A stretch of 16,403 nucleotides of DNA from contig JBDRPD010000067.1 of assembly GCA_043827405.1 (NCBI GenBank), positions 1 through 16,403 of the forward strand, given 5' to 3'. The notes under the pieces are model-generated. The model ran no database searches. It was given only the letters and a program-made list of their open reading frames with translations, and was not told the DNA's origin. This document shows, piece after piece, positions 1 through 9,059 of this stretch; the first letter of the stretch is position 1; each line of letters starts with the position of its first letter. The DNA comes from Elusimicrobiota bacterium. GTDB taxonomy: Bacteria; Elusimicrobiota; Elusimicrobia; UBA1565. A program made the translations under genes and the position numbers.

Positions 1-298
1 GGTCTTAAACCCCGCCAAGTTCGCCGCGGTCCGGGACGGCGAGGGCAAACGCCGCGGCTACTTCTTCTTCTCGCTCAAACGCGAAGGGAAGCTCTGGGAG
101 CGCTACCTCGAGTCGGCGGACGGCGCGCCCAAGGAACCCCGCGAGCTGATGGGCGCGCCCTTCCTGTGCGTGGACGCGCCGTCCCCCGAGTCGATGATCG
201 TCGGCAATCACTTCTCCTACGACGATGAGAGCATCCAAACCCCGCACGGGGTCGAGGTCATCCGGCGGCCCATCGCCAACGACGGACCCTCGAGCTAG
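1..298 (+). CDS. 3' end of a hypothetical protein (5'-truncated by the window)
   Basis: Frame 2 is open from base 2 (VLNPAKFAAVRDGEGKRRGYFFF...IANDGPSS) to TAG at 296-298, with GC-rich third positions like the neighbouring genes. Not in the ORF track as a full ORF. Confidence 0.7.
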   Translation, partial: VLNPAKFAAVRDGEGKRRGYFFFSLKREGKLWERYLESADGAPKEPRELMGAPFLCVDAPSPESMIVGNHFSYDDESIQTPHGVEVIRRPIANDGPSS

Positions 299-306
299 GC
301 CGGCGC

Positions 307-337
307 TTGCCCCGCGGCGTCACTTTCTTCCTACAAT
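307..337 (+). promoter_or_regulatory. Probable sigma70-type promoter giving a leaderless adh transcript
   Basis: TACAAT at 332-337 lies 6 nt before the ATG at 344 and there is no SD. TTGCCC at 307-312 is a weak -35 with a 19-nt spacer. Confidence 0.5.
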
Positions 338-343
338 ACCCGC

Positions 344-1465
344 ATGATCCATACCTACAACTTCCCAACCGAGATTCATTTCGGCCCCGGCGCCCGCAAG
401 CTCCTGACCGCCAAGCTCCAGGAGCTCGGCATCAAGAAGCCGCTGCTCGTCACCGACCGCACCGTGGCCCAGCTGCCGTTTTTCCCCGAGATTCTGGCGG
501 ACGCGCCCGCCGCCGGAACCTTCTTCGACTTCGCGGGCAACCCCGCGCAGGCGCATGTCGCCGCCGGGCTCGCGGCCTACCGGCAGCATGACGCCGACGG
601 CTTCATCGCGCTCGGCGGCGGCGCCGCGATCGACGTCGCCAAAGCGATCGCCCTGCTGGTGAACCATCCCGGCGGGCTGTTCGACTACGAGGACGGGGCG
701 CCGGACGCCAAACCCATAGACCAGGACCTCCCCCCTATCGTGGCGATCCCCACCACCGCCGGCACCGGCAGCGAGGTCGGGCGTGCCTCGGTGATCTCCA
801 CCGACGACACGCACCAGAAGAAGATTCTGTTCACCCCGAAGATGCTGCCGCGCGTTATCCTCGCCGACCCCGAGCTGACCCTCGGCCTGCCGGCGGCGGT
901 GACGGCGGCCACGGGGCTCGACGCCCTGACCCATTTGATCGAAGCCTATATCACGCCGGCGAGCGAGAACCCGATGTGCGACGGCATCGCCCTGGAAGGC
1001 ATCCGGCTCGTCGCCCGCAGCCTGCGCCGGGCGGTACGCGCCCCGGAAGACATCGCGGCCCGCGGCGATATGCTAAACGCCGCCATGATGGGCGCGGTCG
1101 CTTTCCAAAAAGGGCTCGGCGCGGTCCATTCCTGCGCCCACGCGCTCTCCACCGTCTGCGACATGCATCACGGCCTGGCCTGCGGCATCATGCTGCCCCA
1201 TGTCATGGCCTATAACCGGCCGGCCATCGAAGACAAGCTCGCGGTCATGGCGCAGACCGTCGGAACCGCGGACTTCATCGCCTGGATCAAGGCGCTCAAT
1301 GCCGACATCGGCATACCCGGCCGTCTCGCGGCGGCGGGCGTGGAGCGCCGGCACCTGGACGATCTGGTCGAGACGGCCTTCGCCGACGTCTGTCATCCGC
1401 TCAATCCGCGGCCGGTCACCGAGCAGGACTTCCGCGAGCTTTTCCAGGGAGCGCTTAAGCCATGA
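344..1465 (+). CDS. Iron-containing alcohol dehydrogenase family protein (4-hydroxybutyrate dehydrogenase-like)
   Basis: 373 aa with GGGAAIDVAK, IPTTAGTGSEV, DALTHLIEAY and HSCAH..HHG metal-binding motifs typical of Fe-ADH. Confidence 0.93.
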   Translation: MIHTYNFPTEIHFGPGARKLLTAKLQELGIKKPLLVTDRTVAQLPFFPEILADAPAAGTFFDFAGNPAQAHVAAGLAAYRQHDADGFIALGGGAAIDVAKAIALLVNHPGGLFDYEDGAPDAKPIDQDLPPIVAIPTTAGTGSEVGRASVISTDDTHQKKILFTPKMLPRVILADPELTLGLPAAVTAATGLDALTHLIEAYITPASENPMCDGIALEGIRLVARSLRRAVRAPEDIAARGDMLNAAMMGAVAFQKGLGAVHSCAHALSTVCDMHHGLACGIMLPHVMAYNRPAIEDKLAVMAQTVGTADFIAWIKALNADIGIPGRLAAAGVERRHLDDLVETAFADVCHPLNPRPVTEQDFRELFQGALKP

Positions 1466-2142
1466 GCCGAATCCTGATCATCGAAGACGACGCGGACCTG
1501 GTGCAGATGATGAGCCATGTGCTGTATCAGGCGAACTATGAAGTGCACTATGCCTTCAACGGCAAGGAAGGCTATGACAAGATTCTGTCGGTGCATCCCG
1601 ACCTGATCCTGCTCGACCTCAAGATGCCGAAGATGTCGGGCACCGAAGTTCTCAAGCTGATGGCGGAAAATACGACCTTGCGCGATATCCCGGTCATCGT
1701 AATGACGGCGCATGCCGGAGCGGACAATCTGCTCGAAGGCGCCGTCATAGCCCAGGGGGCTCGCGAATTCGTCAAGAAGCCCTTTGAGCTCAAGGAACTC
1801 CTCCTCAAGATCCGCATCATCCTCCGCCAAAGCCCCAAGGAACAGCATAAGCAAACCGACCATATCGCCAAAGGCGTAGTCCGCTTCGACCCGCATCTGC
1901 GAACCGTCTGGATCAACGATAAGCGGGTGGCGACTTTGGCTCCTAAACGCGCCAAAATCCTGCAGCTGCTGCTCCAGGCCAAGGGAATCGTCTCCCGGGA
2001 AAAGCTGATGACGGGCGTCTGGGACGAAAAAGACAAGGAAAACCTGCTGGAAAAGACCATACAGCGTCTGCGCGAAGATCTTGGACCTGAACAAAGCGCG
2101 CGCCTGGTCACCCACCCCGGCGGCTACGAAATAGTCGGCTGA
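1462..2142 (+). CDS. OmpR/PhoB-family response regulator (receiver + winged helix); no kinase adjacent
   Basis: ILIIEDD, PDLILLDLKMP (phospho-Asp), VMTA, KKPF, and C-terminal VSREKLM..VW..LEKTIQRLREDL..GGYEI. ATGA overlap with the adh stop. Confidence 0.9.
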   Translation: MSRILIIEDDADLVQMMSHVLYQANYEVHYAFNGKEGYDKILSVHPDLILLDLKMPKMSGTEVLKLMAENTTLRDIPVIVMTAHAGADNLLEGAVIAQGAREFVKKPFELKELLLKIRIILRQSPKEQHKQTDHIAKGVVRFDPHLRTVWINDKRVATLAPKRAKILQLLLQAKGIVSREKLMTGVWDEKDKENLLEKTIQRLREDLGPEQSARLVTHPGGYEIVG

Positions 2143-2174
2143 CGTTTCCTGACACGCACTGACTTCTCCTGACA
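2139..2174 (+). promoter_or_regulatory. Four phased CTGAC direct repeats; candidate response-regulator binding sites
   Basis: CTGAC at 2139, 2149, 2159 and 2169 (exact 10-bp period), forming two CTGACnnnTCCTGACA units upstream of the 2264 gene. Confidence 0.6.
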
Positions 2175-2263
2175 TTCCGGGGATTGAAGTCCCCGCCTGC
2201 ACAGTTACCCTATTAGTAGGTCACCCCCTCGACCGGCTTAACCAACGTAAACGAGAGATTAAG

Positions 2264-4819
2264 ATGCGCCGAGACCTGATCAGATTCAGCTTCATCTTCA
2301 CCCTGATCTGCTGCTTGGCCATGCCCGTCTTCGCCAAGAAAGACAAGGACGAAGACAAAGACACCGGCAAGCCGCCGGCGACCGAAGAGGAAAAGCCCGG
2401 CAAAGACAAGGACCAGCCGGAGCCGCCCGCGCAAGAAGAGCCGCCGGTAGAGGAACCTCCGGTTGAAGTTGTCCCTCCGATTGAAGAACCAGTTGAAGAG
2501 CCTCTGGTTGAAGAGCCGGTCGAAGAGGAAGGTGAAGACGACGACAAAGCCAAAGGCAATGACAAGGACAAGAAGAAGGACGAGCCGCCGGTAGAAGAAG
2601 AGCCCCCGGCCGAAGAACCGCCGGCGCCCGCTCCCGCGCCGGTTCCCGCGCCGGCGCCTGCTCCGGTTCCCGCGCCCTCGGCCAAGCCTTCCGAGTTCGC
2701 GGCGACGACCTCCCTGCCGCAAGCCTTCACCAACCATGCCCTGGTCCATGCCGACGGCCGGCTCTACCACCTGGGCGGGCTCGGGGCCAACGGCATCTAC
2801 TCCGCGAACAAGGCCTACTACGCCGCGATCGAAAGCCCCGGCGCGATCGGCGCCTGGACCGAAGCGGCGCTATTGCCCCGGGCGGTATTCGATCACGCCG
2901 CGGCGGCATGGAACAAGACCCTCTATATCCTCGGCGGCAGCCAGGCGGACATCTACAATTCGCGCGACCGCACCCCGCGGCCGTCCAATGTCGTCTACTA
3001 CTCAACGCTCAATCCCGACGGCAGCCCCGGCCCATGGGCCGCGGCTCGCCCCATGCCGGAACCCCTGGTCTCGCATACAGCGGTGGTCTCCGACAATACG
3101 CTTTACGTCAGCGGCGGCTGGCGCTACGGCGTACTCAGCAACCGCGTCTACTCCGCGCCGATACTGGCGGACGGCTCGCTCGGCAACTGGCAGGCGCATA
3201 ATGCCCTGCCGGAGTCCCTGCACTCCCATGCCGCCGTTCAGGACGGGACCCTGTACCTGCTCGGCGGGATAGACGGCAACGCCTATATGCAGAGCACGGT
3301 CTATATGAGCCGTATCGAAGCGGAAGGGGTGATCGGCACCTGGAGCGAAACCACGCCGCTGCTGCGGCCCCTCAGCATGCATGCCGCCGCCGTCGTGCAC
3401 GGCCGCATCTTCGTCAGCGGCGGCATGACCGGCACCGAGCCCACCAGCGAGGTATCGTTCGCGCCGATACTGGCCGACCGGTCGCTGGGCGAATGGGAGG
3501 TCGCGCCGTCGCTGCCCGCGCCGCTTTACGGCCATGCCTCGACGGCGGTCGACGGCGCGCTCTACGTGTCGGGCGGCTCCGACAGCGCCGCGGCGCAAAG
3601 CGCCGTTTACGCCATGGTATTCGAAGCGCAATCCGCGCCGGTCGCCACCGCGGACCTGCATCCCAATACCCTGAACCTGCTGAGCAACGGCAACTTCGTA
3701 ACCCTGTATCTCGAGTTCCCCGCCTTCGCCGCCCAGGCCTCCGAGATCGATCCGGCCTCGGTGCTGATCGTGAGCGTGAACGACCAGCCGGCGGCGCTCG
3801 CGGCGCTCGCCAAGCCGACCGGCCTGGGAGATGAGAACGACAACGGCATCGCCGACCTCATGGTCAAGTTCGACCGCTCCTCCTTGGCGGCGCTGATGAG
3901 CGCGGGCGACAATCGCATCGAGTTCCAGGGCCGCCTCAAGGACGGCACGGTTTTCTCGGCGGAAGACACCGTCTGGGCCAAGGAACCCAAGAAGCGTCTG
4001 GCCCGGAAGGCGGCGTTCAAGATGCCCGCGGTATCCTACGAACACAACGGCGCGCTCGGCATCGTGGGAAACCAGGGCGGCAAGATCAAGAGCGCCGCCA
4101 AAGCGGCCGTCGACGTTCCCGAAGGCGCGACCAACAGCGGCGTGCATATCTGCGTGACGCCCGAAGACACCTCGGACGATATCAAGAACACCCACCGGGA
4201 AGAGGCCAAGCTGCGCAAGGAATTGAAAGCCGCCGGTCCGGCGATCGAATACGGCCCCGAAGGCACCCAGTTCCAAAAGCCGGTGACGCTCGAACTGCCC
4301 TACGATGCCGCCTTGCTGCCCGACGGCGCCGAGGAAGGCGGCCTGCAGATCCACTACTGGAACCCGGGCAAGAAGGAATGGGAGGCGCTCGTTTCCGCGG
4401 TCGACCCCGAAGCGGGGGTCGTGCGCGCCCAGACCACGCACTTCTCGCTCTATCAGGTCCTCAGCGGCGGCGCGCCGGCGGCGCAAGAGGAGGGTGAGCC
4501 CGACTTCCACTTCCGCGAGGTATACGCCTTCCCCAACCCCGCCAAGCGCGGCGCCTCGCCGACCTTCCATATGGAAGCCGAGGCGGCCGACCGGGTGGAG
4601 CTGCGTGTCTACGACCTTTCAGGACAACGCGTCTACGCGGCCGCCATTGACGCGGCGGCCATGATCGACGACGGCTCGGGCCGCGGTCCCGTACGCTCGT
4701 ATGAGCATGTCTGGGACGTAGCAAGCGTGGGAAGCGGCGTCTATATTTTCACCGTCACCGCCCATAAGGCGGGACGCAAAGCCCTCCGCGCCGGCGGCAA
4801 AGTGGCGGTAGTCAAATGA
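2264..4819 (+). CDS. Secreted multidomain protein: signal peptide, acidic/Pro-rich linker, Kelch-like propeller, Ig-like domain, ZU5-like domain, T9SS/FlgD-like C-terminal domain
   Basis: Signal peptide ending VFA; EEPP and PAPAP tracts; six repeats of H.A....LY..GG, most followed by G..G.W; GPEGTQFQKPVTLELPY...HFSLY (ZU5-like); VYAFPNP...LRVYDLSG...WD...SGVYI...KVAVVK C-terminus. Confidence 0.85.
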   Translation: MRRDLIRFSFIFTLICCLAMPVFAKKDKDEDKDTGKPPATEEEKPGKDKDQPEPPAQEEPPVEEPPVEVVPPIEEPVEEPLVEEPVEEEGEDDDKAKGNDKDKKKDEPPVEEEPPAEEPPAPAPAPVPAPAPAPVPAPSAKPSEFAATTSLPQAFTNHALVHADGRLYHLGGLGANGIYSANKAYYAAIESPGAIGAWTEAALLPRAVFDHAAAAWNKTLYILGGSQADIYNSRDRTPRPSNVVYYSTLNPDGSPGPWAAARPMPEPLVSHTAVVSDNTLYVSGGWRYGVLSNRVYSAPILADGSLGNWQAHNALPESLHSHAAVQDGTLYLLGGIDGNAYMQSTVYMSRIEAEGVIGTWSETTPLLRPLSMHAAAVVHGRIFVSGGMTGTEPTSEVSFAPILADRSLGEWEVAPSLPAPLYGHASTAVDGALYVSGGSDSAAAQSAVYAMVFEAQSAPVATADLHPNTLNLLSNGNFVTLYLEFPAFAAQASEIDPASVLIVSVNDQPAALAALAKPTGLGDENDNGIADLMVKFDRSSLAALMSAGDNRIEFQGRLKDGTVFSAEDTVWAKEPKKRLARKAAFKMPAVSYEHNGALGIVGNQGGKIKSAAKAAVDVPEGATNSGVHICVTPEDTSDDIKNTHREEAKLRKELKAAGPAIEYGPEGTQFQKPVTLELPYDAALLPDGAEEGGLQIHYWNPGKKEWEALVSAVDPEAGVVRAQTTHFSLYQVLSGGAPAAQEEGEPDFHFREVYAFPNPAKRGASPTFHMEAEAADRVELRVYDLSGQRVYAAAIDAAAMIDDGSGRGPVRSYEHVWDVASVGSGVYIFTVTAHKAGRKALRAGGKVAVVK
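2336..2680 (+). repeat. Low-complexity coding repeats (KDKD, EEPP, PAPAPAPV)
   Basis: Repeated GAAGAGCCG-like and CCGGCGCC/CCGGTTCCCGCG units within the 2264 CDS. Confidence 0.7.
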
Positions 4820-5769
4820 GCAGGCGCAAGCTCATATCGATTTGGGCGGTCTGTCTCATTCTTGGCGCCGGGGGGAGAGCCGAGGGGGGAGAGACCGCCT
4901 CTTTTTTGAAAATATCCCCGGGGGCACGGCCGATCGGCATGGGCAATGCCTTCACCGCGATAGCCGATGACCTCAACGCCCTGGCCTGGAACCCGGCCGG
5001 CCTGGCCGACGCCAAGCAGCGCGAGGCCTCCTTCATGCACGCCGAGCTCTACGCCCATACGCGCTTCGACTTTATCGGCTACGCGCAGCCGCTCGACCAG
5101 TTGGGCCTATCCGGCACTTTCGCCATCGGCGTCTCGCGGCTCAGCCAGGAGACGATCAGCGGCCGCGACGAGAACCGCCGTCCCACCGGCTCATTTACCG
5201 CCGCCGATACCGCCTACCAAGCGGCCTACAGCGGGCGCTTCTTCAATAGCGGGACCAATTTCGGGCTGAGCGGGAAGTATCTGCAAAGCGCGCTCGGAGA
5301 TACGCGCGCAAGCGCCTTCGCCGTTGATATCGGCGTCAAACAGCATACCAACGCCGGCGGCCGGGATCTGACTTTCGGCGCCTCGGTCATGAACATCGGA
5401 CGCGGCATGCGCTACCTCGATGAGACCGACGACCTGCCGCTCACATTCTCCGCCGGCACGGGTCTGCGGATGTTCTCAAACATACTTCTAGCGGCCGATA
5501 TCCGACACCGCCCGCACAGCCAACAGACATCGTTCAGCTTTGGCTCTGAATACATAGTGCTTCCGACCCTGACGCTGCGCGCGGGCTACGGGACGCTTTT
5601 CAATTCGAGCACCCGCAGCGCCGGCAGCGCCAGCAGCGCCATCTCGCAGCTGCAGGGCATGGGCATGGGCATGGGGCTCAAGGTCGGCCGGGCTACGCTC
5701 AACTACTCTTTTGCCCCGGCCGGCGAGCTCGGCAATACGCAGCGGCTGTCAGTCTCGACTCGTTTTTAA
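4816..5769 (+). CDS. PorV/PorQ-family outer-membrane beta-barrel protein
   Basis: Signal peptide, then FLKISPGARPIGMGNAFTAIADDLNALAWNPAGL (PorV/FadL-like N-terminal signature), LRAGY, GELGNTQRLS and terminal Phe. ATGA overlap with the upstream gene. Confidence 0.85.
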   Translation: MSRRKLISIWAVCLILGAGGRAEGGETASFLKISPGARPIGMGNAFTAIADDLNALAWNPAGLADAKQREASFMHAELYAHTRFDFIGYAQPLDQLGLSGTFAIGVSRLSQETISGRDENRRPTGSFTAADTAYQAAYSGRFFNSGTNFGLSGKYLQSALGDTRASAFAVDIGVKQHTNAGGRDLTFGASVMNIGRGMRYLDETDDLPLTFSAGTGLRMFSNILLAADIRHRPHSQQTSFSFGSEYIVLPTLTLRAGYGTLFNSSTRSAGSASSAISQLQGMGMGMGLKVGRATLNYSFAPAGELGNTQRLSVSTRF

Positions 5770-8220
5770 CCGGTCGCGTCCTTCCACCAGCTTCCGCTGC
5801 AGATCCGGGTTATCCTCAACAGGCTTCGCTTTCAGCGCCCGTTCATAGAGCGCCAGCGCCTGGCGGGGATGTCCCTGCGCTTCATGGATGGAAGCCAAGG
5901 TCAGGTACGCCGACAATAACCCGGGTTCGCGCCGCAAGGCCTCTTGCAGATCCCGCACCGCCTGCTCCGATGAGCCGTTGAGATACTCGCATAACGCTTT
6001 ATCCTTCAGCAGGCTCGCCGTCGCCTCGCGCCGAATCAGCCGGCGATAGATTTCGAGCGCCGGCTCATACTCCTTAAGCTCCTGATAGACCAGAGCGATG
6101 CGATGCCGCGTCTCGCTGGAATTCCCGGCCAGCGCCGCCGCACGCGCCAATGATTCTTTTGCGGCGGCCTCTTTTCCCGCGGCCGCGGCCGCGCGGGCGT
6201 GTCGGATGCGCAGGTCCGCATCGCCGGGACGGCGGGCGAGAAGCTGGTCGAAAAGCGCCAGCGCCTTGGCGCTTTCTCCCAATGCCGAATAGGCGTCCGC
6301 CAGCAGGATCCGCCGGTCTACGCTTAAGGCGGAAATTCTGATCCCAGCCAGCTCCCGCCGGGCGCGCTTAGGATCGCCCAGCCGCAGCGCCGCCAGCGCG
6401 CGGTCGAGCAGGGACTCGGCGTTGCCGGCCGGCAGCTTATCCAGCACGGAAGCCCGCAGCCGCGCGAGCTCCAAATCAACCGCCGTGCCCCACCCCCGGC
6501 GTTCCTGCAATGCGGCGAGGAGCTCATTGACGGCATAGCCGTCTTCCGGCGCGGCCGCCACCCAAGCCCGCAGGTACTCTACCCGGCGCCGGATCCAGGG
6601 CTCCGCCGTGAAGTTGCGCGCCAGCCGTTGGGCGCCCGCCGCCTCCGGGGAAAAGTCCGCCGGATCGGGAATGGGAGAGGTCGCGCGCGCCGCGAGCTCC
6701 CAGTACACCCGGCCCTGCGGCGATACATGCCGCCGAGGCAGCCGGAACCCGCCGGCCAAAGACCGCGCGGCGGCGAGGCCTCCGACCGCGGGCTGGGATA
6801 TCTGCCGTCCGCGCGGGAAGTCGTCGCCTTCCCGGATACCGGCCGGACGATCCCCCCCCGGCGCGAAGAAAACGGTTCTTCCCGCATGCAGATAGCGCTC
6901 GATACGGCCGCCCAGCGCCGGCCCCGGCACGGCCGCGGGCACCTCGCATTCACGGTCTTCTCCGCCGCCGATCCGGATAAAGTTCAGATGCCCGTCATAG
7001 AGCATCTCGGGAAACGGACAGCCCGGCGTCAGCGCCACTCCGCGCTCACCCAGACGAGAGCGCAGGAAGCGTGATTCCGCCAGGATCGGGTCATTATCCG
7101 GCCCGAACTCGGAGTTCCAGATATGCTGCGCATTGAGCGCCAGCAGCGGCAGGCAGATTACCGCGAACACCCCGCGCGTCCAGGGAAAGCGCGCCAGCGT
7201 CATGGCCAGCGGCAGCGGCAACAGCAGAACAGCGGCGAAAATAAAGCTGTTGCGGTTATTATTGATCAGGAAGAACAGGGAAAAGAAGAGGAAGCTGGCG
7301 AACGCCAGCCGCACGCCGCGGTTGCGCTGCAGCCACCGCAAACCGTCTCGATCCCGCGATACGATCGCGAGCAGCAGGACGATCACCAGCAGCGGCAGCA
7401 CGGCGGCGCCGTGCTCCATGAACAGCGAGCGGCCGAAGCCCGCCGCTTGAGCGCGCAGGCTCGCACTGGTGTAGATCGAAGTCCCCGGGATGCTCTCAGC
7501 CGCTCGGAACAGGTCGCCGAAGCCGCCCAACGCGAACATGTCCGTACCGGCGCCGTGCCAATATATAAACAGCGCGTAGATCGCGGCCAGCACCGGGACG
7601 AAAGCGGCGAAGAAGCATGCGAACGGCCGCAGGCGGCGCCAGCCGCCGGCCCGCACTTCCCACAGCGAGGCGCATACCGCGACGGGCAGCAGCGAAATCG
7701 CCGCGGTATGAAAACCCGCCGCCAGCGCGGCGACGGCGCCCGCGGCGGCGAAACGCGCCGGGGCCTTCCAGCTTCCCGGTAGGCCGCCCAGCAGCAGCAG
7801 CGACGCCGTCACGCAGGCCGCGCCGAGCGCGTAAGGCGAGGCGCGCAGACTGTGCGTCCAAAAGCCCTGCGCGGAGTAGCCCAGCAGAAGCACGCACAAG
7901 GCCGCCGCGATTCCATCACGGCTGCGGCGTTCGGCATCCAGGAACAGGCCGGTCAAGGTCAGCGCGGCGGCGACGATATTGAGCATCTCGGCGGGCACCA
8001 GCATCCGTCCGTGATAGCCGGCGAGACCGAGCATGCCCCGCAGCGCTCCCAGAACCGGAACGTAGAGCGGATGCACCCATTCATGCGTGCCCCAACGGCC
8101 GTCCTCAAGGGAAAACAGGTAGCGCAGACCGTGAAAAAGGAAAGGGAGCAGGTCGAAGCTGATAACCGCCCAGGCGGCGAGCCCGACGACAAACAGCAGG
8201 CGGCCGCCGCTCTTACTCAG
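5749..8220 (-). CDS. Polytopic membrane protein with C-terminal TPR repeats; possible GT-C (DUF2723/TMEM260-like) glycosyltransferase
   Basis: Many hydrophobic helices, HPLY, FWTHSLRASPYAL and LAAGFH segments, and TPRs (ALALFDQLLARRP, AYLTLASIHEAQG..ALALYERAL). The track starts at GTG 8076, but the frame stays open through a further TM segment to CTG 8220, which overlaps the upstream stop. Start codon uncertain. Confidence 0.7.
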   Translation of the reverse strand: MSKSGGRLLFVVGLAAWAVISFDLLPFLFHGLRYLFSLEDGRWGTHEWVHPLYVPVLGALRGMLGLAGYHGRMLVPAEMLNIVAAALTLTGLFLDAERRSRDGIAAALCVLLLGYSAQGFWTHSLRASPYALGAACVTASLLLLGGLPGSWKAPARFAAAGAVAALAAGFHTAAISLLPVAVCASLWEVRAGGWRRLRPFACFFAAFVPVLAAIYALFIYWHGAGTDMFALGGFGDLFRAAESIPGTSIYTSASLRAQAAGFGRSLFMEHGAAVLPLLVIVLLLAIVSRDRDGLRWLQRNRGVRLAFASFLFFSLFFLINNNRNSFIFAAVLLLPLPLAMTLARFPWTRGVFAVICLPLLALNAQHIWNSEFGPDNDPILAESRFLRSRLGERGVALTPGCPFPEMLYDGHLNFIRIGGGEDRECEVPAAVPGPALGGRIERYLHAGRTVFFAPGGDRPAGIREGDDFPRGRQISQPAVGGLAAARSLAGGFRLPRRHVSPQGRVYWELAARATSPIPDPADFSPEAAGAQRLARNFTAEPWIRRRVEYLRAWVAAAPEDGYAVNELLAALQERRGWGTAVDLELARLRASVLDKLPAGNAESLLDRALAALRLGDPKRARRELAGIRISALSVDRRILLADAYSALGESAKALALFDQLLARRPGDADLRIRHARAAAAAGKEAAAKESLARAAALAGNSSETRHRIALVYQELKEYEPALEIYRRLIRREATASLLKDKALCEYLNGSSEQAVRDLQEALRREPGLLSAYLTLASIHEAQGHPRQALALYERALKAKPVEDNPDLQRKLVEGRDRLKTSRD

Positions 8221-8882
8221 CGCAGTTTCTCGCCGGCAGGGCCGTCGGTGAGTACGGCGAAGGTATTGACGAGGTTGTTGAACTTCTTGATGTGATGGTC
8301 GTAGCCCTGCCGCGTGGCGGGATAGACGAGCACGTAGAAGCCGGAGTCCATCGGCAGGACGACATACTCGTGCTTGCGGATGATGCCGTGGCGGTTGGTC
8401 TCGGGGTCGATCGCCACGCCGAAAGTGTAGTTCTCCGGCACATCGGCGATGGACTCGACGATAAAGTGCTTGCCCTCCCAGCCGGAGATCGATACGCGAT
8501 TGATATTCTTCGCCATGCGGCGGTCGGGCCCGTAGACATCGCGCAGGTTCTGGTTGATGTAGTCGTCGGCCGAAGCGTAGCGCTCATAGGTGTTGTCGCG
8601 CAGCGGAATCGAAGAGTTGGTCCGGTACCAGCGTATCGACAGGCTGGGCACGCCGTTGAAGAAGTCCTGATCGAACTGTCCGACGAAGGTATAGTTGGTG
8701 AAGTTTTGGCCCTGCTGGTCCACATACACATTCCAGCCCCAGGGAACCTGGACGGTATAATCCCCGAAACTGGACTGGTACTGGATATACCGCGGCGGCT
8801 TGCAGCTGGAGGCGAAAAGCGCGCCGGCCAGCATGCAGAGCCCCGCGGAAAAGTACAGCGGGCGTCTCATTATATTGCGCAT
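8217..8882 (-). CDS. Hypothetical lipoprotein (possibly PsbP-like fold)
   Basis: Basic N-terminus, hydrophobic core and FASSC lipobox, followed by YTVQVPWGW. Start placed at ATG 8882 (or 8870) because ATG 8903 is only 3 nt from the predicted -10. Confidence 0.75.
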   Translation of the reverse strand: MRNIMRRPLYFSAGLCMLAGALFASSCKPPRYIQYQSSFGDYTVQVPWGWNVYVDQQGQNFTNYTFVGQFDQDFFNGVPSLSIRWYRTNSSIPLRDNTYERYASADDYINQNLRDVYGPDRRMAKNINRVSISGWEGKHFIVESIADVPENYTFGVAIDPETNRHGIIRKHEYVVLPMDSGFYVLVYPATRQGYDHHIKKFNNLVNTFAVLTDGPAGEKLR

Positions 8883-8906
8883 GCGGTTTTTCGGCGCCGT
8901 CATCCG

Positions 8907-8935
8907 AGTATAGCAGGGGAACGGAATCCTGTCCA
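8907..8935 (-). promoter_or_regulatory. Sigma70-type promoter for the lipoprotein/TPR operon
   Basis: Minus strand reads TGGACA (8935-8930), 17 nt, TATACT (8912-8907), with an extended -10 TG. Confidence 0.7.
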
Positions 8936-8963
8936 GATTCGGTAATGCGCGCCGGTAAAATTC

Positions 8964-9035
8964 AGCCGGCGAGAGGATTTGAACCTCCGACCTACCGCTT
9001 ACAAGGCGGTTGCTCTACCCCTGAGCTACGCCGGC
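8964..9035 (-). tRNA. tRNA-Thr(UGU), CCA not encoded
   Basis: Minus strand GCCGGCG TA GCTC AGGGGTA GAGC A ACCGC CT TGT AA GCGGT AGGTC GGAGG TTCAAAT CCTCT CGCCGGC T folds as a full cloverleaf. Confidence 0.97.
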
Positions 9036-9059
9036 AATTGCTTTATTTTACAACAGATT

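Noticed and set aside
2336..2680. Repetitive DNA considered as a CRISPR array or VNTR
   Set aside because: Degenerate codon-level repeats encoding an EEPP/PAPA linker, with no constant repeat-spacer structure. No CRISPR array seen anywhere in the window.
3002..4570. 522-aa minus-strand ORF and other long antisense or alternate-frame ORFs (e.g. 320-934, 1393-2202, 8292-8945, 14548-15390)
   Set aside because: Shadows of well-supported genes in high-GC DNA, with Arg/Gly/Ala-rich translations and no motifs.
5656..5675. GGGCAT x3 short tandem repeat
   Set aside because: In-frame hexamer encoding a GMGMGMG beta-strand of the barrel; not a plausible phase-variation tract.
5749..5769. 21-bp overlap of convergent gene ends
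   Set aside because: Short convergent overlaps are common in compact bacterial genomes.
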